Source: a virus
Length of the DNA stretch: 64,000 nt
Strand: one strand, 5' to 3'
Virus record (IMG/VR): IMGVR_UViG_3300047564_003078
Coordinates: 28,766-92,765 of that record
Made by a program: the position numbers and the translations under genes. Of this stretch, positions 48,410 to 58,625 are shown piece after piece. Numbering within the stretch: the stretch's first letter is position 1; every line of letters begins with the position of its first letter. The notes under the pieces are model-generated. The model did no database searches and had not been told where the DNA came from. It saw nothing but the letters and a program-made list of their open reading frames with translations.

Positions 48410-48819
48410 GAGCCACAGAATTTATCACTCTAGAACAAAAATTAGACGAGGTAATACCTCTAATTACCAATAGCAACAGTCTAGCCGTTGCAAAACAAAA
48501 TGCCAGTGTTACCAATAAACAAACAAAGACAACGGGTACTGTAGGAACTGTAAAAACCAAAGGTACTGTGCAACAACAGACACAACAAACACCTGAGCCT
48601 GCTGACATTACCCAAGCAGAAATACAAATAGACAAAGCAATACAACCCGGAAAACAAATCCCGTTGCCTACAGGAGCCGGAAGATCACAAAATTTTAGAA
48701 TAACAGCAGTCAAGGGGGACGAAGTAGAAATTGAAAACCCTGACGGACATCGTAATCCAAATCAACCTAACAAACTAACTTATAAAAGAAAAGACATAAA
48801 GAAGTCAATAGCAATATGA
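48406..48819 (+). CDS. putative internal head protein
   Basis: MRATEFI..KLDE N-terminus. Confidence 0.5.
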   Translation: MRATEFITLEQKLDEVIPLITNSNSLAVAKQNASVTNKQTKTTGTVGTVKTKGTVQQQTQQTPEPADITQAEIQIDKAIQPGKQIPLPTGAGRSQNFRITAVKGDEVEIENPDGHRNPNQPNKLTYKRKDIKKSIAI

Positions 48820-49022
48820 AACTAAATGATCTTATTAATGAATTTAGTGTTTTTACAAGCAATGAAGAAAGACATTTGCTTGACAAGATCAAGCAACCAT
48901 GCTATATTGAAACTCTTAGCGAACGAGAAGCTACTGTCGCAGAAAACTTAGTGCGAAAAAGTCTACTTACAAAAGTTAGATATCAAGGGTCAACGGTGTT
49001 TATGCAAAATGAAAAGTCTTAA
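48816..49022 (+). CDS. hypothetical protein
   Basis: Coupled ORF; MKLNDLINE. Confidence 0.55.
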   Translation: MKLNDLINEFSVFTSNEERHLLDKIKQPCYIETLSEREATVAENLVRKSLLTKVRYQGSTVFMQNEKS

Positions 49023-49440
49023 AGAAGCTATCAACGACTTAGAAAAAATTGTCGATTTTGAAATAAATGAATTTAATCTGCCTGTGGTAAAGGGCGGTGT
49101 AGTAAGAATTGGCAAAGTTATTATCCGTCCAAGCAAAAGTCTTGGATACCTAGTTGTTGATACTGAAACAAACAAAACAATCGAAGTTGCATACACAAAG
49201 CGTGGTGCAGTTGCAATTGCCCAAGCCTATTTAAAAAACGTTTCGTATCACTCTTTGCGATATCAAGATCGTATTATAGAAAAACACACCAACGACAGTG
49301 TTTTTTATACTGCCAGTATGCAAGGGTCAGTTGCTGATTTTAAAAAACATATATTGGCTTCTCGCCTTGAGATCGCCACACAAAAAATTGAAATTGCAAA
49401 ACAACATCTAGATCGATTTATCTTTGAAAATATTAGATAA
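49009..49440 (+). CDS. hypothetical protein
   Basis: 143-aa ORF in late operon. Confidence 0.55.
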   Translation: MKSLKEAINDLEKIVDFEINEFNLPVVKGGVVRIGKVIIRPSKSLGYLVVDTETNKTIEVAYTKRGAVAIAQAYLKNVSYHSLRYQDRIIEKHTNDSVFYTASMQGSVADFKKHILASRLEIATQKIEIAKQHLDRFIFENIR

Positions 49441-49471
49441 ATAAATTTAACAACTATCAGGAACTTTAAAA

Positions 49472-50341
49472 ATGCAAGTAAGAGAATTCGCAAAGCCAGT
49501 AACTGCAAATAAGCTAAACGAAAGCATGGCAGCTCGTTTTGGCACTAAACTAAGTTTGACCAAGTTCACACTTGAACAACTTCAAGATGCACGTAACAGA
49601 ATACGTACACAGCTATCACAAGTTGAGACCAATGAAAGCTTTGACAGTGTTCAAAATGAAACCTATCAAAAATCTAAAATGATGCTTGATGTTCTAAACG
49701 CTGCAATCAGTGAGCGTGGTGGAATTGACGAGGGTGCAAAGCCAGACTTCCTTGACATGGACAAAGACGGCAACAAAAAAGAGCCAATGAAGAAAGCCGT
49801 CAAGGATAAGAAAAAGAAAATCAAAGAAGGTGCTGAAGATCACGCAGAGCTTGTTATGGCAGCCAAGGAAATGGTTGACCGTGTTACAGGCTGGATGGAA
49901 GATACAGCAGAAATGCAGACTGAAAGCATGTTAGAACTAGCAGATGCTATCAGAGACGAAATGGGTCAAGCTGCATCAGATGCCTTTATTGGCATGGTAA
50001 AACCAGGTCTTGATAGTCTTTACACCGCACTGGACTCAACACGTACATCTCTAAATGGCGGAGTTAGCCAACTCACTGGTGAAGGTGAACCAGCTGACAT
50101 GATGGGAACTGATGACATGGGTGACATGGGTGACATGGAACCTCCAGTAGATGCTGACGCTGATATGATGGATGCACCTGTTGACGACGAAGGCGACTTT
50201 GGTGCAGCAGAGCCAGCAACAGGCGGAGACGAACCTGCAGATCGTGCAAAACGTGAAAGTATTCAACGAATCGTTAAAAAAGTTACCAAAGAAAATGTTA
50301 ATGGCCGTAAGCTAGTAACAAGCCTTTCAAAAAAAAAGTAA
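49472..50341 (+). CDS. putative prohead core/scaffold protein
   Basis: Acidic and helical; multiple (I/L)xE sites; KPDFLDMDKDG motif; ends at slippery A AAA AAG TAA. Confidence 0.55.
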   Translation: MQVREFAKPVTANKLNESMAARFGTKLSLTKFTLEQLQDARNRIRTQLSQVETNESFDSVQNETYQKSKMMLDVLNAAISERGGIDEGAKPDFLDMDKDGNKKEPMKKAVKDKKKKIKEGAEDHAELVMAAKEMVDRVTGWMEDTAEMQTESMLELADAIRDEMGQAASDAFIGMVKPGLDSLYTALDSTRTSLNGGVSQLTGEGEPADMMGTDDMGDMGDMEPPVDADADMMDAPVDDEGDFGAAEPATGGDEPADRAKRESIQRIVKKVTKENVNGRKLVTSLSKKK

Positions 50342-50652
50342 CAGAAGCTTCTGTTGAAGCAGATAAACTCTACAGAGTCTTAAATCTCTTAAAAGATAAA
50401 GGCGTTGTAGAGTTTTCTTTTGACCAATTGAATCAATATATGATGAATGTTGGTGCTCCGCAGTTTGATTATGAAAGCCTTAAGAACCTGCATGACAACG
50501 ATTCACGTATAAAAACTATTATCAAAGATTTTACCGATCAAGGCATTACTCTTAAAACCAGTGAAGTAGACGATATACAGACAAAAGCTACAAAGAGAAA
50601 AAACACTGTAAAGAATATGGCAAAGAAAGCTGTTGACTTAAAAGATTTGTAA
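50338..50652 (+). CDS. ORF probably expressed as a -1 frameshift extension of 49472
   Basis: Frame open from 50311; first possible starts are TTG 50428 and ATG 50440, both without RBS. Confidence 0.5.
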   Translation, partial: VTEASVEADKLYRVLNLLKDKGVVEFSFDQLNQYMMNVGAPQFDYESLKNLHDNDSRIKTIIKDFTDQGITLKTSEVDDIQTKATKRKNTVKNMAKKAVDLKDL

Positions 50653-50666
50653 TGCTATAATTTGTT

Positions 50667-51347
50667 ATGTCTCTAATTAAAAACAAATTCACATATGCAA
50701 AATTAAAACGTGTAGAAGTAAACGGTAAACGCAGATACGAAACTCCTGGCGGCCCTCCTGTAGCAAGCGTTACAACTATTTTAGGTGCAACCAAAGATCA
50801 AACACACCTTATTGAATGGCGTAGAAGAGTTGGCGAACAAAAGGCTCAAGAGATAACCACTGAGGCTGCGGGAGTTGGTACCCGGATGCACAAGTATCTA
50901 GAAGATTACATTGACACAGGTACGTGGCCCGTAGCAGGCGGCAATCCTTATGCTCAGCAAGCACATGCTATGGCTACAGCAATCAAAGTACATGCACTCG
51001 ATGATGTGGATGAAATTTGGGGCAGCGAAGTTCCATTGTACATCCCGCAACTCTATGCAGGAACAACGGATCTTGTAGGATTATACAAAGGCAATCCGTG
51101 CATTTTAGATTTTAAACAAACCAACAAACCAAAAAAAGCAGAGTGGGTAGAGGATTACTTCCTTCAGCTAACAGCATACGCTCTTGCTCACAATGAAATA
51201 CACGGTACCAACATACGTGAAGGACATATATTCATGTGTTCACGCAATCTAGAGTACCAACAATTTGATTTATGGCCAGATGACTTTGACGAATGGAGCC
51301 ATAAATGGTGGGATAGAGTGTATCAATATTACGAGAAATACGCATAA
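50667..51347 (+). CDS. PD-(D/E)xK exonuclease
   Basis: SVTTIL, GT.MH, E, YAGTTD, DFK and QL.AY motifs; TTGACT-17-TATAAT promoter. Confidence 0.85.
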   Translation: MSLIKNKFTYAKLKRVEVNGKRRYETPGGPPVASVTTILGATKDQTHLIEWRRRVGEQKAQEITTEAAGVGTRMHKYLEDYIDTGTWPVAGGNPYAQQAHAMATAIKVHALDDVDEIWGSEVPLYIPQLYAGTTDLVGLYKGNPCILDFKQTNKPKKAEWVEDYFLQLTAYALAHNEIHGTNIREGHIFMCSRNLEYQQFDLWPDDFDEWSHKWWDRVYQYYEKYA

Positions 51348-51377
51348 ATACTTCTAGTAAACACTAGGAGTATTGAA

Positions 51378-53009
51378 GTGGCAATTGTACAAATTTCTCG
51401 CATCCAGCACAGAAGAGGTCGTAAACTAACATCAACCGGTATGCCCCAATTAGCATCTGGTGAAATTGGTTGGGCTATCGATACTCAAGAATTATTCATA
51501 GGTAATGGTGCTGTCAGCGAAGGTGCTCCTAGTGTAGGCAACACCAAAGTCTTAACCGAACACGATAACATTTTTGATTTAGCTGAACAATATGCCTACA
51601 AACCAGATACTAGCATTTGGGGTATCAGTTCACCTGTAAGACGTAGTCTGCAATCGAGACTGGACGATTTTGTTGCAGTATCTAGTTTTGGTGCAAGCGG
51701 TAATGGCACTGATCAAACAACAGCAATTCAATCGGCTGTTGATGCATTATTTCTAAGCGGCAGTACTGTGAACAGGGCTATACTGTATTTTGGACCAGGT
51801 ACCTATGTGATCAGTCAACCTATTGAATTACCTCCTTACACAACTATAGTTGGTGCAGGCAAAGAAAAAACTATTTTTATATCAAGCACTGCTGGTGTTT
51901 TTAAAACAGTAAACAGTACCGGAGACGCAGAAACCACTACACCATATGATGATAGCTTTCCTAATCAAGCTCGTTATATCAAGATGAGTGACTTTAGTAT
52001 TGTAATGAATGCCAGTGCAACTGCATTGGATATCGTTGACTGCGTGTACAGTGATTTCAGCAATATAAGACTCAAAGGCACATGGACCACAGGCGGTGCT
52101 GATGCATTGCTGATAGGAATCAAACTAGGCAATAGAAACACCAGTGCTGGCACAGTGGAAACAAAATACAATAAATTCTCTAATATTGAGATTGACAGTT
52201 TCCATTACAGTGTGTATAGTGATTATGATATTAAAGAAAACACATGGAGAGATTGCAATCTTTATCTAGCAAAGTTTGGATTTGCGTTTGGTGAAAACAG
52301 TGTTATTGGTTCACCAGGTCAAATAACTGGTCCACTGTTTAACACTATAGAAAATTGCACATTTGATATGATAGACGACGAAGGTATTTTGGTTACTAAT
52401 GGTGAATACAACACCAGCAAAAGTAACAAGTTTTTTGGTGTTGGTAACAGAGGTGGAGCAAGCACCGTCTGCGTTACACCTGTGATTACCTTTGCTGGTG
52501 TAACCAATGTCAGTGATATGGATTTCTTTGAAAGAACACAAGATCTTACACCAAACGACACCCTTGCTGATGGCTATAGAAAAGATTACATTCCTGAAGT
52601 ATCTGGTAGAACACTGTATAGAAATGCTTATGCCAATCAAATTTCAATAGGACAAAGTTTAGTACCAATCGAATTACTAAAGTTTCCTGTTGTGGAAAGT
52701 GGTACAATTTTTGTTGACTATGTTTACACCGAAGATGACAGCGACATTGTACGCGAAGGAACCATTGAGTTAGTGTGTAATCTATTACCATCCAGTACTG
52801 TGGATAAGCAAGTACACCTAGTTGATACCTACAATTTTATGATTAGAGATCCTCTAGATCCGTCTGTGTTTAGTGTTGCACTACAATTTACTGCGAGCCT
52901 AGTAGACTACGGCGGGGCTAGCGGTATAGATACTGTTAGTGTTAGAGCAACAAACTCTGCAGGCGTTGCAACTGATAAAATGACATATACAATTAGAGTC
53001 AAATCTTAA
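51378..53009 (+). CDS. tail fibre/spike-like protein with pectate-lyase-like beta-helix
   Basis: IQHRRG..LASGEIGW N-terminus; FGA.GNG.D.T.AIQ.A and YFGPGTY motifs. Confidence 0.7.
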   Translation: MAIVQISRIQHRRGRKLTSTGMPQLASGEIGWAIDTQELFIGNGAVSEGAPSVGNTKVLTEHDNIFDLAEQYAYKPDTSIWGISSPVRRSLQSRLDDFVAVSSFGASGNGTDQTTAIQSAVDALFLSGSTVNRAILYFGPGTYVISQPIELPPYTTIVGAGKEKTIFISSTAGVFKTVNSTGDAETTTPYDDSFPNQARYIKMSDFSIVMNASATALDIVDCVYSDFSNIRLKGTWTTGGADALLIGIKLGNRNTSAGTVETKYNKFSNIEIDSFHYSVYSDYDIKENTWRDCNLYLAKFGFAFGENSVIGSPGQITGPLFNTIENCTFDMIDDEGILVTNGEYNTSKSNKFFGVGNRGGASTVCVTPVITFAGVTNVSDMDFFERTQDLTPNDTLADGYRKDYIPEVSGRTLYRNAYANQISIGQSLVPIELLKFPVVESGTIFVDYVYTEDDSDIVREGTIELVCNLLPSSTVDKQVHLVDTYNFMIRDPLDPSVFSVALQFTASLVDYGGASGIDTVSVRATNSAGVATDKMTYTIRVKS

Positions 53010-53434
53010 TGTTCGATAAAAAATTTGATGACCGGCTTCGTGCCTGGATAGAATTTAGAAACCGGTTAGAAAATTCAGAAACACCAATTCAAGATACAAT
53101 AGACTTGTATTCACAAGCACCTATGGTTAATATCCAAGTAGATCCTTGGAGCCAAGACACATGGTTGGATCCTTGGCAACTGCTTCTAGAAAACAAATAT
53201 TGCGACTTTGCAAAATTGTTAGGAATTTTTTACACTTTGAAATTAACTACAAGGTTTTCTGATGCTACTGCCGAGATACATATCTGTACCGATAGTGAAA
53301 AGTCCAAGTCAATGTATCTATTATTTTTTGGTGATAAAGTTATAGGTTACGATATGTGCAAGGCTGTTGAATCAACCGAACTACCAAAAAAACTTAGACT
53401 CGAAACAAAATACTGTCTAAATCTCGATCAATAA
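53009..53434 (+). CDS. hypothetical protein
   Basis: TAATG-coupled ORF. Confidence 0.55.
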   Translation: MFDKKFDDRLRAWIEFRNRLENSETPIQDTIDLYSQAPMVNIQVDPWSQDTWLDPWQLLLENKYCDFAKLLGIFYTLKLTTRFSDATAEIHICTDSEKSKSMYLLFFGDKVIGYDMCKAVESTELPKKLRLETKYCLNLDQ

Positions 53435-53470
53435 ATATTTCATTGTTGCAAAAAGAAAAAAAAGGATATA

Positions 53471-55780
53471 ATGATGACTCAAGTTACCAAGCGTGATGGA
53501 CGCAAAGAACCATTAGATATTGAAAAACTTCATAAGGTAGTGTTTTATGCATGTGAAGATATTACAGGTGTTAGTCCAAGCGAGGTAGAAATCAAAAGTC
53601 AGATACAATTTTATCACAACATGCCAACCAGTGAAATTCAAGAAACACTTATCAAGGCAGCAGCAGATCTGATTTCAGAAGAAACTCCTAACTATCAATA
53701 TGTAGGCGGAAGACTTATCAACTATGGTTTACGCAAGGAAGTCTATGGTGGTTACGAACCATGCACAGTAAAAGAACTGGTAGAGCGTAATACCGAGCGT
53801 GGATTTTATGACCCTGATCTAATCGGATACTACAACAATGAGGAATGGGAAAAAATCAACAGTTTCGTCAAGCACGAACGTGATGAAACGCTAACCTACG
53901 TTGCGATGGAACAGTTGCGTGGCAAGTATCTAGTGCAAAACAGAGTCACTGGAGAAATATTTGAAACTCCGCAAATGTGCTACATCCTCATTGCAGCAAC
54001 ATTGTTCTATAGCTATCCAAAAGAAACAAGATTAAAGTGGATCAAAGAGTACTACGATGCAATTAGTCTTCACGATATTAGCTTACCTACTCCTGTTATG
54101 GCTGGTGTTCGCACCCCGCAAAGACAATTTAGTAGTTGTGTCCTTATTGAATCTGCTGATAGCCTTGATAGTATCAACGCTACTTCTAGCAGCATTGTTA
54201 AGTATGTAAGTCAAAAGGCTGGCATTGGCATTGGTGGTGGAGCCATTCGTGCAATTGGTTCGCCTATACGCAAAGGCGATGCATATCATACAGGTATCAT
54301 TCCATTCTACAAGATGTTTCAGGCAGCAACAAAAAGCTGTAGCCAGGGCGGTGTACGTGGCGGAGCAGCAACCATTTACTATCCAATTTGGCATCTTGAA
54401 GCAGAAGAGATGTTGGTGCTAAAAAACAACAAAGGCACCGAAGAAACTCGTGTACGACACATGGACTACGGTGTACAGTTTAACAAGCTGATGTACGAAA
54501 GACTAATCACTGGAGGCGATATTACTCTTTTCTCGCCTAATGACGTTCCTGGTTTGTACGAGGCATTTTTTGCAGATCAAGATCGTTTCCGAGAGTTGTA
54601 TGAAACAGCAGAACGCAACACACGCCTTCGTAAAAAGGTTGTTAAGGCTATCGACTTGTTTAGTAGCTTTATGGAAGAGCGTAAAAACACAGGCCGTATC
54701 TATCTACAAAACGTAGACAATGCAAATGACCACGGCAGTTTCTTGCCTGAACTTGCACCTATTAGACAAAGCAATCTTTGTGCAGAGATTGATCTGCCCA
54801 CCAAGCCGCTAAATGATTTAAATGATCCGGAGGGAGAAATTAGCCTTTGCACCCTTTCCGCCATTAACTGGGGTAATGTTAAAACACCTGCAGACTTTGA
54901 GCGTATTTGTAGATTAGCAGTTCGTGGTTTGGATGTGTTGTTAAGCTATCAAAACTATCCTATTCTTGCTGCCAAACTCAGCACAGAAAAGAGACGTCCT
55001 ATTGGTATTGGTATTATTAACTTTGCCTATTGGATGGCCAAACATGATTTAACTTACCAAGGTATCACACCAGACGGCCTAGCAAAAATTGATGAGTATG
55101 CAGAAGCGTGGAGTTATTATCTTATCAAAGCCAGTGCTGACCTAGCAGCGGAACAAGGTGCACCAAGTGGCAACATGGAAACCAAATACGGTCACGGTAT
55201 TACTCCAAATCAAACCTATAAAAAGGATGTAGACGAATTGGTTCCGCACGTTGAACGCATGGATTGGGACGGACTTCGTGCTCAACTGCGTGAAACAGGT
55301 ATTCGCAACAGTACATTGATGGCGTTGATGCCAAGCGAGACCAGTGCTCAAATTGCAAATGCTACCAATGGTGTTGAACCACCTAGAGCATTGATCAGCG
55401 TCAAACAAAGCAAGCATGGCGTGTTAAAGCAGGTTGTACCAGAATTCAAAAAACTAAAAAACAAATATGATCTGCTATGGGAACAGCGTAGTCCCGAAGG
55501 ATACCTAAAGATTATGGCAGTGCTACAAAAATACATTGACCAGGGCATTAGTGTCAACACCAGTTACAATCCGCAGTTCTACGAAGATGAAAAGATTCCT
55601 ATGAGCGTGATGCTACAACATATGTTGATGTTCTACAAGTACGGTGGCAAGCAATTGTATTATTTCAACACCAATGACGGACAAGGCGAAGTGGACGTGG
55701 GTAAGCTACTAAACAAAGTGGAAGAGGTTGAAGAAGAATTTTCCATCGACGACGAAGTGTGTGAAAGCTGCACAATATAA
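53471..55780 (+). CDS. nrdA: class Ia ribonucleotide reductase alpha subunit
   Basis: ATP cone VTKRDG; SSCV, SQGGVRGG, QSNLCAE, MPSETS, LYY and C-terminal CESC. Confidence 0.97.
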   Translation: MMTQVTKRDGRKEPLDIEKLHKVVFYACEDITGVSPSEVEIKSQIQFYHNMPTSEIQETLIKAAADLISEETPNYQYVGGRLINYGLRKEVYGGYEPCTVKELVERNTERGFYDPDLIGYYNNEEWEKINSFVKHERDETLTYVAMEQLRGKYLVQNRVTGEIFETPQMCYILIAATLFYSYPKETRLKWIKEYYDAISLHDISLPTPVMAGVRTPQRQFSSCVLIESADSLDSINATSSSIVKYVSQKAGIGIGGGAIRAIGSPIRKGDAYHTGIIPFYKMFQAATKSCSQGGVRGGAATIYYPIWHLEAEEMLVLKNNKGTEETRVRHMDYGVQFNKLMYERLITGGDITLFSPNDVPGLYEAFFADQDRFRELYETAERNTRLRKKVVKAIDLFSSFMEERKNTGRIYLQNVDNANDHGSFLPELAPIRQSNLCAEIDLPTKPLNDLNDPEGEISLCTLSAINWGNVKTPADFERICRLAVRGLDVLLSYQNYPILAAKLSTEKRRPIGIGIINFAYWMAKHDLTYQGITPDGLAKIDEYAEAWSYYLIKASADLAAEQGAPSGNMETKYGHGITPNQTYKKDVDELVPHVERMDWDGLRAQLRETGIRNSTLMALMPSETSAQIANATNGVEPPRALISVKQSKHGVLKQVVPEFKKLKNKYDLLWEQRSPEGYLKIMAVLQKYIDQGISVNTSYNPQFYEDEKIPMSVMLQHMLMFYKYGGKQLYYFNTNDGQGEVDVGKLLNKVEEVEEEFSIDDEVCESCTI

Positions 55781-55836
55781 TAATTGACACGCCTTGATAG
55801 GCGTGCTATAACTTAACAACATTATGAGGACTAACA

Positions 55837-56964
55837 ATGAGCGTATTTGATATTGATAACCGTGCAGACCATACACAAGTTTTGGCATTTCTTGACCCCA
55901 GCGGCGGCCCTACTATTCAACGTTATGACACACTAAAATATAAAACCTTTGATAGTCTTACAGACAAGCAACTGGGTTTCTTTTGGCGTCCTGAAGAAAT
56001 TGATATTTACAAAGATGCCAAAGACTTCAAAGCTCTAACACAGCATGAGCAGCACATTTTTACATCAAATCTCAAACGTCAGATCCTATTAGACAGTGTT
56101 CAAGGCCGTGCTCCAGTTGAAGCATTTGCTCCTATTGTTAGCTTGCCGGAAATTGAGAATTGGATTCAAACTTGGACCTTCAGTGAAACTATCCACAGCC
56201 GCAGCTACACACACATTATTCGTAATGTGTACAGCAATCCTAGCAAGATCTTTGATGAAATGATGGACATTGAAGAGATTGTTGATTGTGCTGGAGATAT
56301 TTCAAAGTACTATGACGAGCTTATTGAAACCAGTATGTACTACAATTTACTTGGTGTAGGCACACACACCGTCAACGGAAACAAAGTTGTTGTGAATCTT
56401 TATGACCTAAAGAAGAAACTTTGGCTCACTCTTATGAGTGTGAACATTCTTGAAGGCGTTCGCTTCTATGTTAGCTTTGCATGTAGCTGGGCATTTGCTG
56501 AATTAAAGAAAATGGAAGGCAATGCAAAAATCATCAAGTTGATCGCTCGTGATGAAAACCTACATCTTGCAAGCACACAAATGTTGCTTAAACTACTTAA
56601 ATCAGACGATCCTGATTTTGTCAAAATTGCAGCAGAAACAGAAGCAGACTGCATCAAGATGTTTGTAGATGCAGTGGATCAAGAGAAAGCGTGGGCTCAA
56701 TATCTGTTCAAAGACGGCAGCATGATTGGTCTTAATACTCAACTGTTGTGCGATTATATCGAGTGGATCTGTACTCGCCGTATGCAAAATGTGAATCTCA
56801 GCAGTCCATATACTGTTAAGAGCAATCCTCTGCCTTGGACACAAAAATGGATTTCAGGCTCCGAAGTTCAAGTAGCACCACAAGAAACTGAGATTACAAG
56901 TTACGTAAGCGGTGGTACAAAACAAGACGTTGACAACGATACATTTAAAGGATTCAGCCTATGA
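55837..56964 (+). CDS. nrdB: class Ia ribonucleotide reductase beta subunit
   Basis: FFWRPEE, LDSVQ, ETIHSRSY, LEGVRFYVSF and DENLH motifs. Confidence 0.97.
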   Translation: MSVFDIDNRADHTQVLAFLDPSGGPTIQRYDTLKYKTFDSLTDKQLGFFWRPEEIDIYKDAKDFKALTQHEQHIFTSNLKRQILLDSVQGRAPVEAFAPIVSLPEIENWIQTWTFSETIHSRSYTHIIRNVYSNPSKIFDEMMDIEEIVDCAGDISKYYDELIETSMYYNLLGVGTHTVNGNKVVVNLYDLKKKLWLTLMSVNILEGVRFYVSFACSWAFAELKKMEGNAKIIKLIARDENLHLASTQMLLKLLKSDDPDFVKIAAETEADCIKMFVDAVDQEKAWAQYLFKDGSMIGLNTQLLCDYIEWICTRRMQNVNLSSPYTVKSNPLPWTQKWISGSEVQVAPQETEITSYVSGGTKQDVDNDTFKGFSL

Positions 56965-57212
56965 TAGAAATTTGGGGGAAGCCTGCATGTCCGTATTGTG
57001 AAAAAGCAAAAAGACTCTGTGAAAGCAGAAATCTAAAGTACGTGTACAAGCAGTTGGATGTTGACTTTACAAGAGATGAAATTTTTGAAGAGTTTCCTGA
57101 AGCAAAAACATTTCCGCAAATTAAAATTAACGGTACAAGGATAGGCGGTTATGATAAACTTGGCATCTATCTCGAAGAAACAGGATACAACGGAACAGGA
57201 CACACTCTATGA
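56961..57212 (+). CDS. glutaredoxin
   Basis: CPYC, TFPQI and IGGY motifs. Confidence 0.92.
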   Translation: MIEIWGKPACPYCEKAKRLCESRNLKYVYKQLDVDFTRDEIFEEFPEAKTFPQIKINGTRIGGYDKLGIYLEETGYNGTGHTL

Positions 57213-57499
57213 TTATCGAAACACCCTATAAACAAAACGACACCATTACTATTAAAACAGTTGGCGGCGACGAACTAGTTGCTAGATTCGTTGAAGAAAA
57301 CGATAAAACTGTCACTATTCAAAAACCACTTGCATTGATGGCTACTCCACAGGGCATCGGGCTAGGTCCATTTACTTTCACAGTCAATCCTGACGCAAAA
57401 ATTAAATTGAACAAGGATGCAGTATTGTTTGTACACAAAACTGATAGCGAAATGGCAAAACAATACATACAAAGCACCAGCGGTTTACAGATGATTTAA
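57209..57499 (+). CDS. conserved phage protein, Sm-like fold
   Basis: TIKTVGGDELVAR...Y.QSTSG pattern. Confidence 0.5.
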   Translation: MIIETPYKQNDTITIKTVGGDELVARFVEENDKTVTIQKPLALMATPQGIGLGPFTFTVNPDAKIKLNKDAVLFVHKTDSEMAKQYIQSTSGLQMI

Positions 57500-57562
57500 G
57501 TTGACATCTGTAACTTAGCATCGTATTATAACTTGTAAAAGGCAAAATAGAAAGGCACTTCG

Positions 57563-58150
57563 ATGAATAAAATTATTCTCACCGACGCAGACGGCGTCCT
57601 TCTTAACTGGGAATATGCGTTTTGTTGCTGGATGGAGCAACATGGTTACACACAAATTGAAAACGGCAATCACGAATATGATATTGCTAAACGTTTTAGC
57701 ATTACCAAAGAGTGTGCAAAATCAAAAGTAAAGATTTTTAACGAAAGTGCTGCAATTGGCTTCCTGCCAGCTCTACGTGATGCGATGTATTATGTAAAGC
57801 GACTGCACGAAGAACACGGCTATGTGTTTCATTGCATTACCAGTTTGAGTCTAGATGAAAGTGCTTACAAACTTCGTAAGATGAATCTCGAAAAACTGTT
57901 TGGTCCTACAGCATTTACCAAACTGGTCTGTCTTGATACTGGAGCAGACAAAGAAGCAGCTCTAGCCAAATATCAAGATACAGGACTTTACTGGATCGAA
58001 GATAAAATGGAAAATGCTATTGCTGGATTGAATGCGGGACTACAACCCATTCTAGTTGAGCACGGTTTCAACATGAATGATCCAATTCCGGTAGGAATGT
58101 TCAAAGCACTTAATTGGAAAGAAATTTACGAACACATCACAGGTGAATAA
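57563..58150 (+). CDS. HAD-family phosphatase (5'-nucleotidase-like)
   Basis: ILTDADGVL, ITS and WIEDK motifs. Confidence 0.75.
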   Translation: MNKIILTDADGVLLNWEYAFCCWMEQHGYTQIENGNHEYDIAKRFSITKECAKSKVKIFNESAAIGFLPALRDAMYYVKRLHEEHGYVFHCITSLSLDESAYKLRKMNLEKLFGPTAFTKLVCLDTGADKEAALAKYQDTGLYWIEDKMENAIAGLNAGLQPILVEHGFNMNDPIPVGMFKALNWKEIYEHITGE

Positions 58151-58330
58151 TTGAGTGACTTGCACGAACAGATTAAACTAACGTTTGCTATCTATGTTAG
58201 AGAATCAGAAAAATTTGACCAAGAAGGTGTAAAGGTTAGTGCAGTTCGTGCAAGACAAGCTCTGTTGGATTTAAAAGACCTATTAGTTGAAAGACGTAAA
58301 GAAATACAAGAAAAGAAAAAAGACGTTTAA
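58151..58330 (+). CDS. Hc1/histone-H1-like small protein
   Basis: EKF..GVKVSAVRARQAL..L.....RRKEIQ; TTG start. Confidence 0.5.
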   Translation: MSDLHEQIKLTFAIYVRESEKFDQEGVKVSAVRARQALLDLKDLLVERRKEIQEKKKDV

Positions 58331-58355
58331 TAAATACACTATAGAGGTAAGATAA

Positions 58356-58625
58356 ATGCAAACAGTTGAACAATTAAAAAAATATATATTTTCAGAATAT
58401 AGTGTAAGTCCTATTAAAGCCCATGGCAACATTCTAGAATATCGTGCGATTATATTTGAAAAAAACACCGCCTCGATAATTCTAGCAAACAAAGAAAAGG
58501 GCGAGCTATGGACTATAAGACGAAAAGGCCACAGCATTGACTTTTTTAGACCCGAAGAACTAGAAACTGCTATTGCTCCTGGCGGTAGCCTGTTGTATTA
58601 TTTTTTACCTGAATCGAGGATGTAA
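58356..58625 (+). CDS. hypothetical protein
   Basis: TAAATA plus GAGGT RBS. Confidence 0.5.
   Translation: MQTVEQLKKYIFSEYSVSPIKAHGNILEYRAIIFEKNTASIILANKEKGELWTIRRKGHSIDFFRPEELETAIAPGGSLLYYFLPESRM

Noticed and set aside
50094-50140. Short tandem repeat GACATGGGT
   Set aside because: Encodes a low-complexity DMG linker in an acidic protein; no separate function implied.
50667-51347. Exonuclease as Cas4 of a CRISPR system
   Set aside because: No Fe-S cysteine cluster and no array or other cas genes; an ordinary phage PD-(D/E)xK nuclease.
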